Part shown: positions 13,373-24,660 of the stretch, one piece after another
Position numbering within the stretch: the first letter of the stretch is position 1
Layout: the number at the start of each line of letters is the position of its first letter
NCBI RefSeq assembly: GCF_006345805.1
Contig: NC_042999.1
Coordinates: forward strand, 167,090,001-167,154,000
From: Octopus sinensis
Taxonomy: Eukaryota
Reading direction: 5' to 3'
Length of the DNA stretch: 64,000 bases
Program-made: the position numbers and the translations under genes
Notes under the pieces: generated by a model
The model's database searches: none
Seen by the model: the letters and a program-made list of their open reading frames with translations, nothing else
Told to the model about the DNA's origin: nothing

Positions 13373-13430
<58 letters not shown>

Positions 13431-14620
13431 TCAGTGAAAATGCAAGTCGAAATAACAAGAATAATACTAATAGTAATGATCATAATAATATAAGCATTAA
13501 TAATATTAGTCAGATAGACAATAACCTGAGAAATAGTAATAATATACTGACTGTTAACCTCAATAACATAAACTCTGTACAACAACGTAGAAAGTGTAAT
13601 TGTAGAATAAGGAATAATTGTGTATTTAATAATGACTGCATTAGAAAGGTTTTATACCAAGACTTGCAGTTGCCCATACGTGCAAGCGAAGGAAAGGCTG
13701 CTGACTTGGGATGATACATCTTGGTACTAGTGATGTAGACATTACTGTTTGAAAGTAAAGGACCAAACAGATATCGTAAGACATCTCATCCGATTCTTAA
13801 CCGCTCTGACATTCCACCATCCTGGATTTGTACTTTTTTTATCGACCTCCGAAAGATGACAAAGTGATCTTGGCGGGTTTTGAAACCAGAGCGCAGAGTC
13901 TTAATTAATAATGTAATTCATGCTCTTCAACTTTCTAACGATACTGCCAATTCGTCACCTTTATCATTTAACTCAATACTTATCAAGACGTTCTTTACAA
14001 ATTTTATTCACGGCATCGGAATATATTTATCTTTCAAATTATGATCAAAGTTAGTTACTAATCTACGAGAATTCGTTTAGCCCTAAGTCTGCTCTGAGAG
14101 AACAGATGTATCTATGATCAAAGGTATTGCAGCCGTGACCATCTCAGCCTTCATTTAGACAAGGACTATTTAGTATTACATTATCCAGTGTCCTGTCTAT
14201 TTGATGACAATAGGATGCGATATGGGAAAAGTTTGGCGGTTGTCTCTTTCAGGTCAAGTGATCACATAAGAAACTACCTCATTTGCTCGTGCCGCTGAAA
14301 TTGTTGTTGTTAGTGTTGTTGTTTTTGTTATTGTCGTTGTTGTTATTGGTATTGTTGTCGTTGTTTAGCTCCAAGTCATTCCTGATGATCAAAGGCCTTC
14401 CGGCTGTGATAATCCCGTCTTTCATTGTCCAGCGCGTTTCTCTTTTTATTTAATGATTGTGGGTATAATTTGAGAGGGATTTTGCAACTATGTCAAGCTA
14501 TTTCTAGCAATCATGTAGAGGCTTCATTAATGTGCGTATGTCTCTGAAGTTCTTTTCATAACAGAGACAGTAAATTTGTATATCGGATGCAAACCATGGC
14601 ACAATTTGGGGGAAGGTGTG

Positions 14621-15052
14621 AAGTCGATTACATCGACCCCAGTGATCAATTGGTACTTATTTTATCCATCCCTAAAGATGACAGGTAAAGTCGACTTTGG
14701 CGGAATTTGAACTCAGAACGTAAAGACGGACGATACACCGCTAAGTACTTTGCCCTGCATGCTAACGATTCTGCCAGCTCGCCGCCTCATAGATTTATAT
14801 AATATATTTCTTTATTGCCCACAATGGGCTAAACATAGAGGGGACAAACAAGGACAGACAAAGGGATTAAGTCGATTACATTGACCCCGGTGATCAATTG
14901 GTACTTATTTTATCCATCCCTAAAAATGACAGGTAAAGTCGACCTTGGCGGAATTTGAACTCAGAACGTAAAGACGGACGATACACCGCTAAGTACTTTG
15001 CCCTGCATGCTAACGATTCTGCCAGCTCGCCGCCTCATAGATTTATATAATA
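14621..15052 (-). mobile_element. SINE family S2, locally tandem-duplicated (~248-bp period)
   Basis: Two near-identical copies start at 14621 and 14869. The minus-strand head is aggcggcgagctggcagaatcgttagc. Confidence 0.82.
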
Positions 15053-18000
15053 GTAGTTTCTTTGAAGCAACAGCCTAATATGAGCTGTGTATATTAAATG
15101 TATTACCATAATAAAAATATTTAAGTCTTGAATTATACAGTGTCTGTTATGTGTTTGGGCCTAGAATAGCAGTATAAGCTTTCTGTCAATATTTTTAGCA
15201 GACTCTGGTTTGACCTGGTGAGCTATATAAACATAAGGGTTTCTGTTCAGGATGCTATAACCGCAGATAAAACGTCCTGATTAACTGTTACCCCAGATAT
15301 TCTAATTTCCGATGTGATGTTTAAATAAGGATACTGACAGTTTTATTTCCTCTTAAAAATATATAGAAGAGAGAATGTTCAACATTTCTGCGAGTTGATT
15401 GCATCATATATATGAAGAGATATTTAGCGGAAAGGACTGCGTAAGACAATTGAATGCATACATTATCAGCTGTTTTGCTTATCTCATAACAGCATATAGC
15501 ACACACAAACATACACAGTAACATATGTAAAAATTTACGAACGCACACGTCATATGTGTATTCACGCGCGCTCAGTCTTTCGCGTATATGCATGAGTGTG
15601 TGTATAAGAGAGAAAGGGAGGCTCTGTGTGTGTGTTTGTGTGTTTGCGTGTGCTTGACAGTTGTTACGGCTTAAAGATTTTTGTTACACTCTATATCTGC
15701 TGATGTATCGTAAATTTCCAAACCAGTCAAATTCCGCTGACAGTAGTCTAATCGATAGAATTCGCTATATTGCTCCTCTCCCTATGTAATGAATAATGAG
15801 ATGCCTGGTTATAAGGCCGGAAGGAAATGCGTTCAGTGGACATATCTTAACAGAAGAAATATAATTAACAATGAAGAATATAATAGAAGCAATAAACCAT
15901 GTGCAGGAACTGACTATGACGAAAATCTACATGAATCAGCGGAAATATACAAACTAAACATAGCTCCAAGATATTCTTTTTGACAGTAGTAAATCTGATC
16001 ATAAGTACTCAACGAACCTGACTCATTGGCAGAATCGAGGAAATGGGTTCGACTCTAAAAGAATAAATCACCTCAGTTAAGCCCACCAAACAACATAGGG
16101 AAAAAATTATGAAAATACAACAAAAAGTCAAAGGCCTATCCTTATTTAACAAAATAGAAAAACAGGAGACTAATATAAGAAAAATAACATAAAATGAAAA
16201 ATTATTAAGGAAGTACAGTATTATTTTAAAAAAAAAGATATATCGTAGCATGAAAAATTAAAGTACTTATTTTAGATATGGTAACCAGATACGATCAACG
16301 AGAGCACTTCGTTTGAAACTTCTTACGTCAAAGTGAATTAAACAAATGTATTTAACGATAACTCAAGCGAATTAATTGGAACTCTCGGTATTAAGGTTTT
16401 TACATTGAAATTAGAACATTAGAACAACACCACTGATGGAAGTGGTTCTATAATTGACCCGAGCTGGATAAAAGGCAAAATGTGTACCGGTGGGATTAGC
16501 ACGAGTTAGACTGATATTAACATACAGAACTCAATGTCAGAAATAAGGTAATATATGCATTACATCGAAGATCCTAAATTTAAAAACCAGTAAACTACTC
16601 ATTAGTGCGAATCCATTTCCTAAAGAATGGTATACATTGAACTTACCAATCGACCAACCCACCTAAATTAAGTCTTTTACAAATATAGAACTGTAACAAT
16701 GGAACCATAAATGATCTACTAAAATATCAAGAAGAAAGTAAATGATAACTGATTAAAACAGGGAAACAATTTGGTTTTTCTTGCGTAAGAAAATAATTTA
16801 AGAAAGTACAAATTAGACCAGTAGCTCCCAAATATTTCACTACCAAGAACCCCTTATATTTAAATGAATTTTTCTATGACCAGCAGGTTTTAGATATATG
16901 TGTCTGTTCAATAAGCCAGTTTTATCAACTGATAACAAGCATTTTTTTCCAGTTGGTTTTATCAGTTGAAAGACACGTAAGAATAATTATACATTTTACA
17001 GTGCAGACTTTTATACTTTGAGTGTAACTCGTTCCACACCCAGTGCTACCTTTGTTGGATCCTTAAGAAACCCAGCGTCACAGATCAGGAACCAGTGAAT
17101 GAAAAGCTAAACCCAGTAAAAAGAAGATAATAGAAAAGCCAAAATAAGGAAATATAATACCGAAGCCGATTCCCAAAAGTACCACAAAAGTTAATGAGTT
17201 AAAAACGTCTCTACTTTCTTTATACTACAACTGAGCAGATGTCGGCAATATATCGAAAGCTTTAGACAAATGAATAAAAGCTATTTTCTTCCGCCAATAT
17301 AAAGCAATGTATTGCACGTTTTAGGTGTTCCAGTAACGGATGTTTTTGTCAGGAACTTATCCTTCAAATTATCGTCAGGAATGTCACAAACTGTGATGTA
17401 AAAATTCAGTCTCAGGTGTTTATAAACTCGAGTGTTTCTTACTGTATAATTTCTTTATTTTCTATTTTATACTATTTTTACCTTCAATACTTAAAAAATT
17501 AACTCCACGTTTCATATTACTTTTAGGTCGGTATCTTTTTTTCTTGATACGTATGTTCGATATTTCTACACTTTTGTATAGGTCAACAGATGTGCATTGT
17601 TTATTATGGCAGATTACTCTCAGTTTTGTTCAGCCAGCGAAGTAAAATACTTTAGAATGTAATTTAATACAAAACAGTTCACCAGACGTTTTATCTTTTT
17701 TTTCTTTTTAAATATTTATAAAAATAAACAGTAAAAAAAAAAACAGTGTGCTGTGTTCATAACCTTATTTTCCTACCACATAGTGTGGAGCATTCATATA
17801 AATGTTGAAGCGTTCGAATTATATATTTCTTGCACGAAATAATATCATTCTTCGGTTATAGACAACATTATCTTCCTCCTCATCCTCCTCCAGAATACTA
17901 ATGGTGTTATTGACCTTGACAAGCGATTGGGAAAGACTCAGTTACTAACTTTAACAACAGTGCAATTGGTTACTGGTCATTCTGAAACCTAACAGAATGG

Positions 18001-18265
18001 GTAGTGACAGCAAATGGATCTTATCGATAAAACTGCTATACATACTCGCACACACATACACAAACGTGAACATATGTATGTATGCATGTATGTAAGCATG
18101 AATAGTAATTTGTACATGCAACTTCGATGCATTGCTCTACATGCCGTAAGCTGCGATAATCGTCCTAAGAAGTCATCTCGTATAGCACAGATTATATTGG
18201 CAGAAGAAACACATCCATGTTAAGTTGGATGTGCAAATTAATATTTGTTACAAAAGTTACAATTG

Positions 18266-18318
<53 letters not shown>

Positions 18319-18321
<3 letters not shown>

Positions 18322-18440
18322 CAGTATAACTCGGCTTTGCCCGGGATTAAGTTAGGATTATTAAGCTAATCAATTTCTTTCTTTCAAACCAAACTAAATA
18401 ACATCGACGTCAAATTCAGGCGAAATCCGAAATTGGTTTA
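18319..18440 (+). mobile_element. Possible 5' end of a non-autonomous Helitron-like element
   Basis: tagcagtataactcggctttgcccggg directly after (TA)n resembles ACTAG...CCCGGC..CCGGG termini. Weak evidence. Confidence 0.3.
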
Positions 18441-18486
18441 TATATATATGTGTAAATGTAATATGTGACAATTATTCGGTAGCCAT

Positions 18487-18547
18487 GATAAAACTCCGAG
18501 TTTCGGATGCCGATGTGGAAAACCACGCCACCATCTCTTCAGCTATC
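18487..18547 (-). ncRNA. Type I hammerhead ribozyme motif (family A), intact core
   Basis: Minus strand reads gatag-CTGAAGA-gatg...catcc-GAAA-ctcggag-TT-ttatc. Stem I is 5 bp. The stem III region ACTCGGAGT is quasi-palindromic and could pair only in a dimer. Confidence 0.7.
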
Positions 18548-19416
18548 CGGCCATCGGAAAAATGTTATGAAAGATGACCGTTATACAAAGGGAAATTACT
18601 GTGTGATATATACTGTGTGATTGACCGTTATTAAGACAAAAGATCTATTCGAATGACCGCTAAGTAAGGGGGTAAAAAGTTCATAGTGTTCGCGTAAGCG
18701 CGCCTGTTCATACCTACACATGTGCGCCCGCACACTCACGTGCGTGCGCCCAAAAGTATGCATTTATCCATCCTCACTTGAAAAACGTACACATCCTCAC
18801 TCTCCTCTTTCGCCAAATGTATATGTATATACATACATACCCACAGACACGCACGCACACCATAAAGGTTCATACACACGTCTATATACGCACAAGCACA
18901 AGAAAAAACAGGGTTAAGGGTAACAATACAGAAAAAGGGCACAAGGGAGTATACAAAGAGTAAGCCACGTCTGTATACGCACATACCCTTATGCACGCAC
19001 ACACACACACACACACCTATATACGCACATACCCGCACGCATCTATATACGCTCACACACACGCACGCACGCACATAAAGGATCGTACATACGTCTATAT
19101 GTGAACAGACACAAGAAAAAACAGGGCTAAGTGCAAAAATACAGGAAAGTGTGTAAAAACACGAGTAAAATACGTCTATATACGCAGTACTCGCCTGCAC
19201 GCACACATCTATATACGCAAATACCTGCACACATGCACACATTCACACGCGTGCATAAAAGATTCCATATACACGTCTATATACGCACAGGGAAAAATGC
19301 AGGGCGGAAGGTAGAATACAGAAAAATTATATGTAAAATTATATAAGCAATAAACCTATAAACCAAAATCTCTATAAATATGTAAGAAATATATGTGACA
19401 ATTATTCGGTAGCCAT

Positions 19417-19477
19417 GATAAAACTCCGAGTTTCGGATGTCGGGGTGGAAATCCACACCGCCATCTCTTCAGCTATC
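19417..19477 (-). ncRNA. Type I hammerhead ribozyme motif (family A), intact core
   Basis: Same architecture as 18487-18547. Confidence 0.7.
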
Positions 19478-19859
19478 CGGCCATCAGAAAAATACTATGA
19501 AAAATGACCGTTATACAAAGGTAAATTACTGTGTGATCGACCGTTATTAAGACAAAAGAGCTATTTGAATGACTGCTAAGTGAGGGGAGGGAGAAAAAGT
19601 AAGGGGGTAAAAAAGTTCATTGTATTGGTATAAGCGCGCATGTTCATGCCTGCACATGCCCGCCCGCACACCCGCATGCGTGCGCCTAAAAGTATACAGA
19701 TAGAACTTGCTTTCTATATTGTGTCCACGTACAAGCTTTTTATCTCTTTATACCTTTTAGTTATATTTCTTGTATATTTTTATTTATATTTTTTGCATAT
19801 TTATAGAGATATTGGTTTGGTATGTTAAAGACAACAATAAGAATTTTAAGTTAGATTGG

Positions 19860-20415
19860 TTCATCCTGTCCATATCTTTTCCTTATGATAAGGGCAAAGG
19901 ATTTTGTAACATTTGCAGCTCTGAACACTTCCATATTCTCTTCTCTAAGAATCCCCTTGTTAACACACTTCTAGAGCGATCTTGCAAATGCAAGCACTGG
20001 CAGAAACATACCTTTAGTTCATATAAATGATTTTACCAGTCTTTATAGTTTGAAAAGTTAGTTCAACTTGCACTTTACTTCAATAGAGAAATCTACTTCC
20101 AAGTCTTTGAACATATTTTCAACCAATATATCCCTCTTTATTTGTTCTCTACTTATTATTTTTTTTATCCCTTCTCTTCCTATTGTCTGCCTTTGATGTC
20201 GAATCTACTAACGGTTTAAAAAAAATACTTAATAACGTTCTGTTTATCATTTATGCAGTCATCAAAATTGTTATAATGTCTTGTTGTTGAGATAGGCTCT
20301 CTTTCATTCCTGATGAGAAGATTGCTTTGGAATAAAACCAATGTTGTCTTCGAAACATATGTCGAAAGTAAGAGAATTTGAATAGCATCTGCGTTTAACA
20401 CCATTTATTTACTTA
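19860..20415 (+). mobile_element. HHR-bearing interspersed repeat (family E), copy 2
   Basis: Reverse-complement homologue of 6832-7410. Confidence 0.7.
20305..20368 (+). ncRNA. Type I hammerhead ribozyme motif (family E), intact core
   Basis: cattc-CTGATGA-gaaga...tcttc-GAAA-c-atat-g-TC-gaaag. GUC cleavage triplet, palindromic ACATATGT, one mismatch in stem I. Confidence 0.7.
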
Positions 20416-20589
20416 TACTACACAAATTACTGCACATTAACCCGGAGTTTCTATCTTTGAATAGGTCGCTACATCCTTGTTACTTGCGTGAATTTTGCTA
20501 CCCTGGTAACTGTTTATTGAATTTTCCAAGCTAACGGTAAACAAAGGATTATTCATTCATCCATTTATATATATATATATATATATATA

Positions 20590-20960
20590 TTTGGCGAATG
20601 GTCCGAGTGAGTATGTGTACGTTTCAAGTGAGGGTGGTTGAATGTATACTTTTAGGCGCACGCACGTGGGTGTGCGGGCGGGCATGTGCAGGTATGAACA
20701 TGCGCGCTTACGCCAATACTGTGAACTTTTTTACCGCCTTACTTTCACTCCCTCACCTCACTTAGCAGTCATGCAAATAGCTCTTTTGTCTTAATAACGG
20801 TCAATCACACAGTAACTTCCATTTGTAAAACGGTCATTTTTCATAGTATTTTTCCGGTGGTCGGATAACTGAAGAGATGGCGGCGTGGATTTCCACCTCG
20901 GCATCCGAAACTCGGAGTTTCATCATGGCAACCGAATAATTGTCACATATTACATTTACA
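20590..20960 (+). mobile_element. Family A HHR-bearing repeat, copy 3 (inverted relative to copies 1 and 2), HHR at 20864-20924
   Basis: Reverse complement of 18455-18810. Contains gataa-CTGAAGA...GAAActcggagTT and ends in (TA)n. Confidence 0.75.
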
Positions 20961-21215
20961 GATATATATATATATTATATATATATATATATATATAATA
21001 TATATATATATATATAGTAGAAATATGTTACAAAAAGAAAATATAAAATACACGTTGAAATGTAAGATTAAGAAATGAAAAATCAACGAAAATGCACATT
21101 GTAAATAAAAAAGGCTTTTTATGACAGGTAACGACAAATATATACATTTAGACTGACTAAGTCATAAAAGTCATTATTATGAGAAGATTATAAGATCATT
21201 ATAAAGTCAGAAAAC

Positions 21216-22490
21216 AAAGCGTACCATGGTTTCCGCAAATCTATTCATCGCTTTGAAAACACCGGTTAATACACGATGGTTCTGAGAAAAAAGATTATTT
21301 GTAAGGGAGGTAAGTAGTTCTGGATTTAGAGATGTGACTGGTGTAGGGAGTGTATAGGGGTTAGTGGTTTAAATTGAAGGGTTAGTGCTGTTCTGTATTG
21401 AGTTGTGTGCTCATATTTAGTTGGGGGAGATATTTATTGATGAAAAATGCCTCTTTATTCAACCTTTGTTGTATTGTGGTGTTCTGTGAACATTGATAGA
21501 AGGGGAATATTTGGAAATTGGGATTAAGATTCCTGGCACACCTTTCTATGTGTTCACTCACCTTTAACTGTCTGTATTGTGGGTGGCGGATTTGCTCTTT
21601 GTGAATAGTGGCTCTTTGACGGAGTGGAATTCCTGTTTGTCCAATATAGAGTTTACCACATCCTATGCATGTCATTACATATATTACATTTACTGAGGCG
21701 CAGGTGAAATTTGATTTGATCTTAAATATTTCTCCTTGTTTGAAGTGAAATTCTGAACCCTCCAGAAGGTGGGGGCATGTTCCACAGTTAGTACGTCCAC
21801 ATTTTGTCACTTTTGGCTCTGTTGTTAGTGGATACAGTCTTGCGCTGGTTAATATTTTTTTTTAGTGACTTCGGTTGCTTTTGATAATTTTGTATGAGCT
21901 TAAAATTTCGCTCATTGTTTTGTCTGCTGTGAGGATGGGAAGATTTTGGGTGATGATGTTGAAGGCTTCGTTGTTTTTAGGGTTATGTGTGGAAAGGTAC
22001 GGGAGTATTTTTGAGTCTGGTTTAGTATTTCGGCTAGTTTTCCTTAACATTTGTATATCTATTTCCTTAGCTCTTTTAATGCCTTTATTTATTAATGAGA
22101 TTGGGTAATGTCTTTTAGTTAGTGTAGATCTAAGTTCAAGGAGTCTTTGTTCTCGAGTTTATGTATCCGAAATTATAGTGCAGATTATTTTCGCTAGGTT
22201 AAAGGGTATGTTGATTTTTATGTGTTTGGGGTGGCAGGAGTTAAATAATAGGTATTGTTTAGAATCTGTGGGTTTATAAAAGATGTATGTTTCTATGTGG
22301 TTGTTAACTATTTAATTAAGATGTCTAGAAAAGGGATTTGTTTACTGTTGTGTTCCATAGTGAATTGTATATTGCTGTGTATGTTGTTGAGCATTCTTTT
22401 GAAATCAAGGAGTTTATCCATGCTGTCTTTCCAAAGTATGAAGCAATCATCCAAATATCTCTTCCAGTTCTCCTTTAAGTAGCAATTAAA
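21216..22490 (-). mobile_element. 5'-truncated Penelope-like element (Neptune-like): RT thumb, GIY-YIG endonuclease and 3' UTR
   Basis: Minus strand encodes KPTDSKQYLLFNSCHPKHIKINIPFNLAKIICTI, then the endonuclease ORF. A degenerate HHR lies at 21216-21254. Confidence 0.85.
21382..21810 (-). CDS. GIY-YIG endonuclease domain of a Penelope-like element (fragment of a disrupted ORF)
   Basis: KCGRTNCGTCP...FTCASVNVIYVMTCIGCGKLYIGQTGIPLRQRATIH...SEH...RLNKEAFFINKY. Confidence 0.85.
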   Translation of the reverse strand: MTKCGRTNCGTCPHLLEGSEFHFKQGEIFKIKSNFTCASVNVIYVMTCIGCGKLYIGQTGIPLRQRATIHKEQIRHPQYRQLKVSEHIERCARNLNPNFQIFPFYQCSQNTTIQQRLNKEAFFINKYLPQLNMSTQLNTEQH

Positions 22491-22996
22491 ATAGGCGTCA
22501 TATTTTTCTAGTGATGATTGGTATAACTTGAGTTATATATATATGGGCAACACACACACATACACACACGCACGTACGTACACCTGTTTCATATATGTTT
22601 TTGGTATGCATACATATTCGTGTGTGTGTGTGTGTGTGTGTTGCTCGTATGTAAACAAAACACTTTTTTCCTAGATGGAAAAAAAACAACAAGTCTTAAC
22701 AAAAACTTGCTCATCGCTAGATGGGGACTTAACTCCTGTTTGCTAGCAATGATGATTTCTCCGACTTGAAAATGGTTAAAAGTTTTGGTTGAAAATTTAT
22801 TTTTACTGCTATTCGCTTGTGCCTCTCGGAAAAATAAGTTGACGAAAATACAGCTAGGGTCATGACGCATGTCCCCCTAAAATTTGAGCGACATGCGTTC
22901 TAGTTTGTGGACGTGCATAAATTACATTCACGTACGCACACACACACACACACACACACATCCTGCCTTTTAATATATACACATATATATGTATGT

Positions 22997-23028
<32 letters not shown>

Positions 23029-23424
23029 AGAGATTACACAAATGAAACAAAGGTAATATGCGACAGACAATTGAACATATTGAGAGGAATGTAATAATTT
23101 CAAAAATGAGGCAGAAAATGTGAACACACACAACATAAGATAAAAGCTGTTGACAGTGAATTGTATGCGAAAACAAAGAAAAAGGCACAGGTAGATCAAG
23201 CTTTAGGGTGAATCCTTTATCAATGAAATATGCAAGGAAAAAAAACAAGAAAAATAACGATACCTGTTTAAAACACGTGTGTATCTTTCGACTACATAAT
23301 GTATAATAGCTTACTCCCTCGATTTCAGCACGTGTGTAATTTTGTGATGATTTAAAGTGTTTGGACGATTTAGAGCCTCTTTTCAGCATATAGGTTAGAC
23401 TTTTTCTATACCCTTAATCATAAT

Positions 23425-23425
<1 letters not shown>

Positions 23426-23477
<52 letters not shown>
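23426..23477. repeat. (TG)n microsatellite
   Basis: Seen directly. Confidence 0.95.
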
Positions 23478-23478
<1 letters not shown>

Positions 23479-24162
23479 TTGCTTGGTCTCCAGGCGTTCT
23501 GGTGCAGAAGGGCTTTGTATAGTGAATAGCATGAGGCCTGATGAACTTTGGACACAAAAAGGATTATGAAATGAGAAGCCTATTAATTTGGTGGGTATTC
23601 GAGTGACTTGGAACGAGACCAGCTAGGTACACGCAGCCGAAGCCATTGTAGTAGCAGCATTAAAGGCAGACGTGGGACGTCTGTGAGTTAGAGCCTGGCG
23701 TGTGCCTGTGAGTGGCTTCGTTCTGGCTTGATTCTAAGATATTTGTGTGTGTAATAACAGCAGCAGTAGCAGTACCGCCCCAGATGCAGCAGAAGCAATC
23801 TAGTGTGGGTTTTACTAAAGTTTTATAAAAGTCAGTTATTGTTAGAAACTCATGCTTTTTCTGATTCTGTGGTGAAAGGTGAGTGTTTGCGATGGGGTCC
23901 TAGGTGTGCGTTCGTCATGAGAGATCCTCTGTGATAATGAGGTTTAGCTATCCTCAAACCAAAAACCAAAATGAATGCAATACAATGTTTCGCACTGTTG
24001 TGTGTGCGCGAGTGTCTTTGCAAATAACTTGACAACGTATATTAACTGTATTAAGTAAACATTATATTGTTATATTTAATATTGAAATATAACAATAATG
24101 AAATAGGAGATTAATATCAGAAAAATAACATAAAATGAAAAATTAAACTACTTATTTTGGTG

Positions 24163-24220
<58 letters not shown>

Positions 24221-24298
24221 TAAAAACGGTAAGATAAAAAAAGGAAGAAGGAGACCTCAATATTATGTAAATAGAGGAAATTTATCTATTAAATAATA

Positions 24299-24462
24299 TT
24301 ACATTACTCAATAGTCAAGATAAAACTCTGAGTTTCAGATGCCGAAGTGGAAATCCACAACACCATCTCTTCGGTTATCTGGCCAACCGAAGAGATGGTG
24401 TTGTGGATTTCCACTTCGGCATCTGAAACTCAGAGTTTTATCTTGACTATTGAGTAATGTAA
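24299..24462. repeat. Perfect palindrome (78-bp arms, 8-nt spacer) made of two tail-out HHR-like motifs related to family A
   Basis: 24299-24376 is the reverse complement of 24385-24462. The spacer is atctggcc and the core reads CCGAAGA. Confidence 0.9.
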
Positions 24463-24467
24463 CATAT

Positions 24468-24520
<53 letters not shown>

Positions 24521-24622
24521 GGAGTAAACACATAAATGTGAAACAAGGTGGAAAAAAGAGTACTCAAATACCAGTGGTAGAGTAATATGCTTTATTTTAA
24601 GCAGCAGAAAATTCAACAAAAT

Positions 24623-24660
24623 CTGTTACTCTGAGTTTCTCGTTGCCGTTCATCAGACAG
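24623..24660 (-). ncRNA. Minimal type I hammerhead motif (family B)
   Basis: Reverse complement of 26212-26249. Confidence 0.65.

Larger units (their letters stand above)
18445..19695 (-). mobile_element. Non-autonomous PLE-like element (family A) with ~300-bp direct repeats, each carrying an HHR
   Basis: 18455-18760 and 19385-19690 are direct repeats with a 930-bp offset. The interior is non-coding and built of degenerate cgtctatatacgca repeats. The minus-strand 3' end runs into (TA)n. Confidence 0.72.

Noticed and set aside
17231-17270. Hammerhead-like ctgagca...gaaagc
   Set aside because: The core is not CTGANGA, and stems I and III do not pair convincingly.
23534-23581. aggc-CTGATGA...GAAA...gcct hammerhead-like pattern
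   Set aside because: It has no NUH cleavage triplet, no stem III and only a poor stem II, so it is probably chance.
23480-23884. GC-richer unique segment ending in a consensus splice donor (AAG/GTGAGT at 23876-23884): possible exon
   Set aside because: There is no supporting ORF, acceptor site or neighbouring exon. A single donor match is expected by chance and needs RNA-seq.
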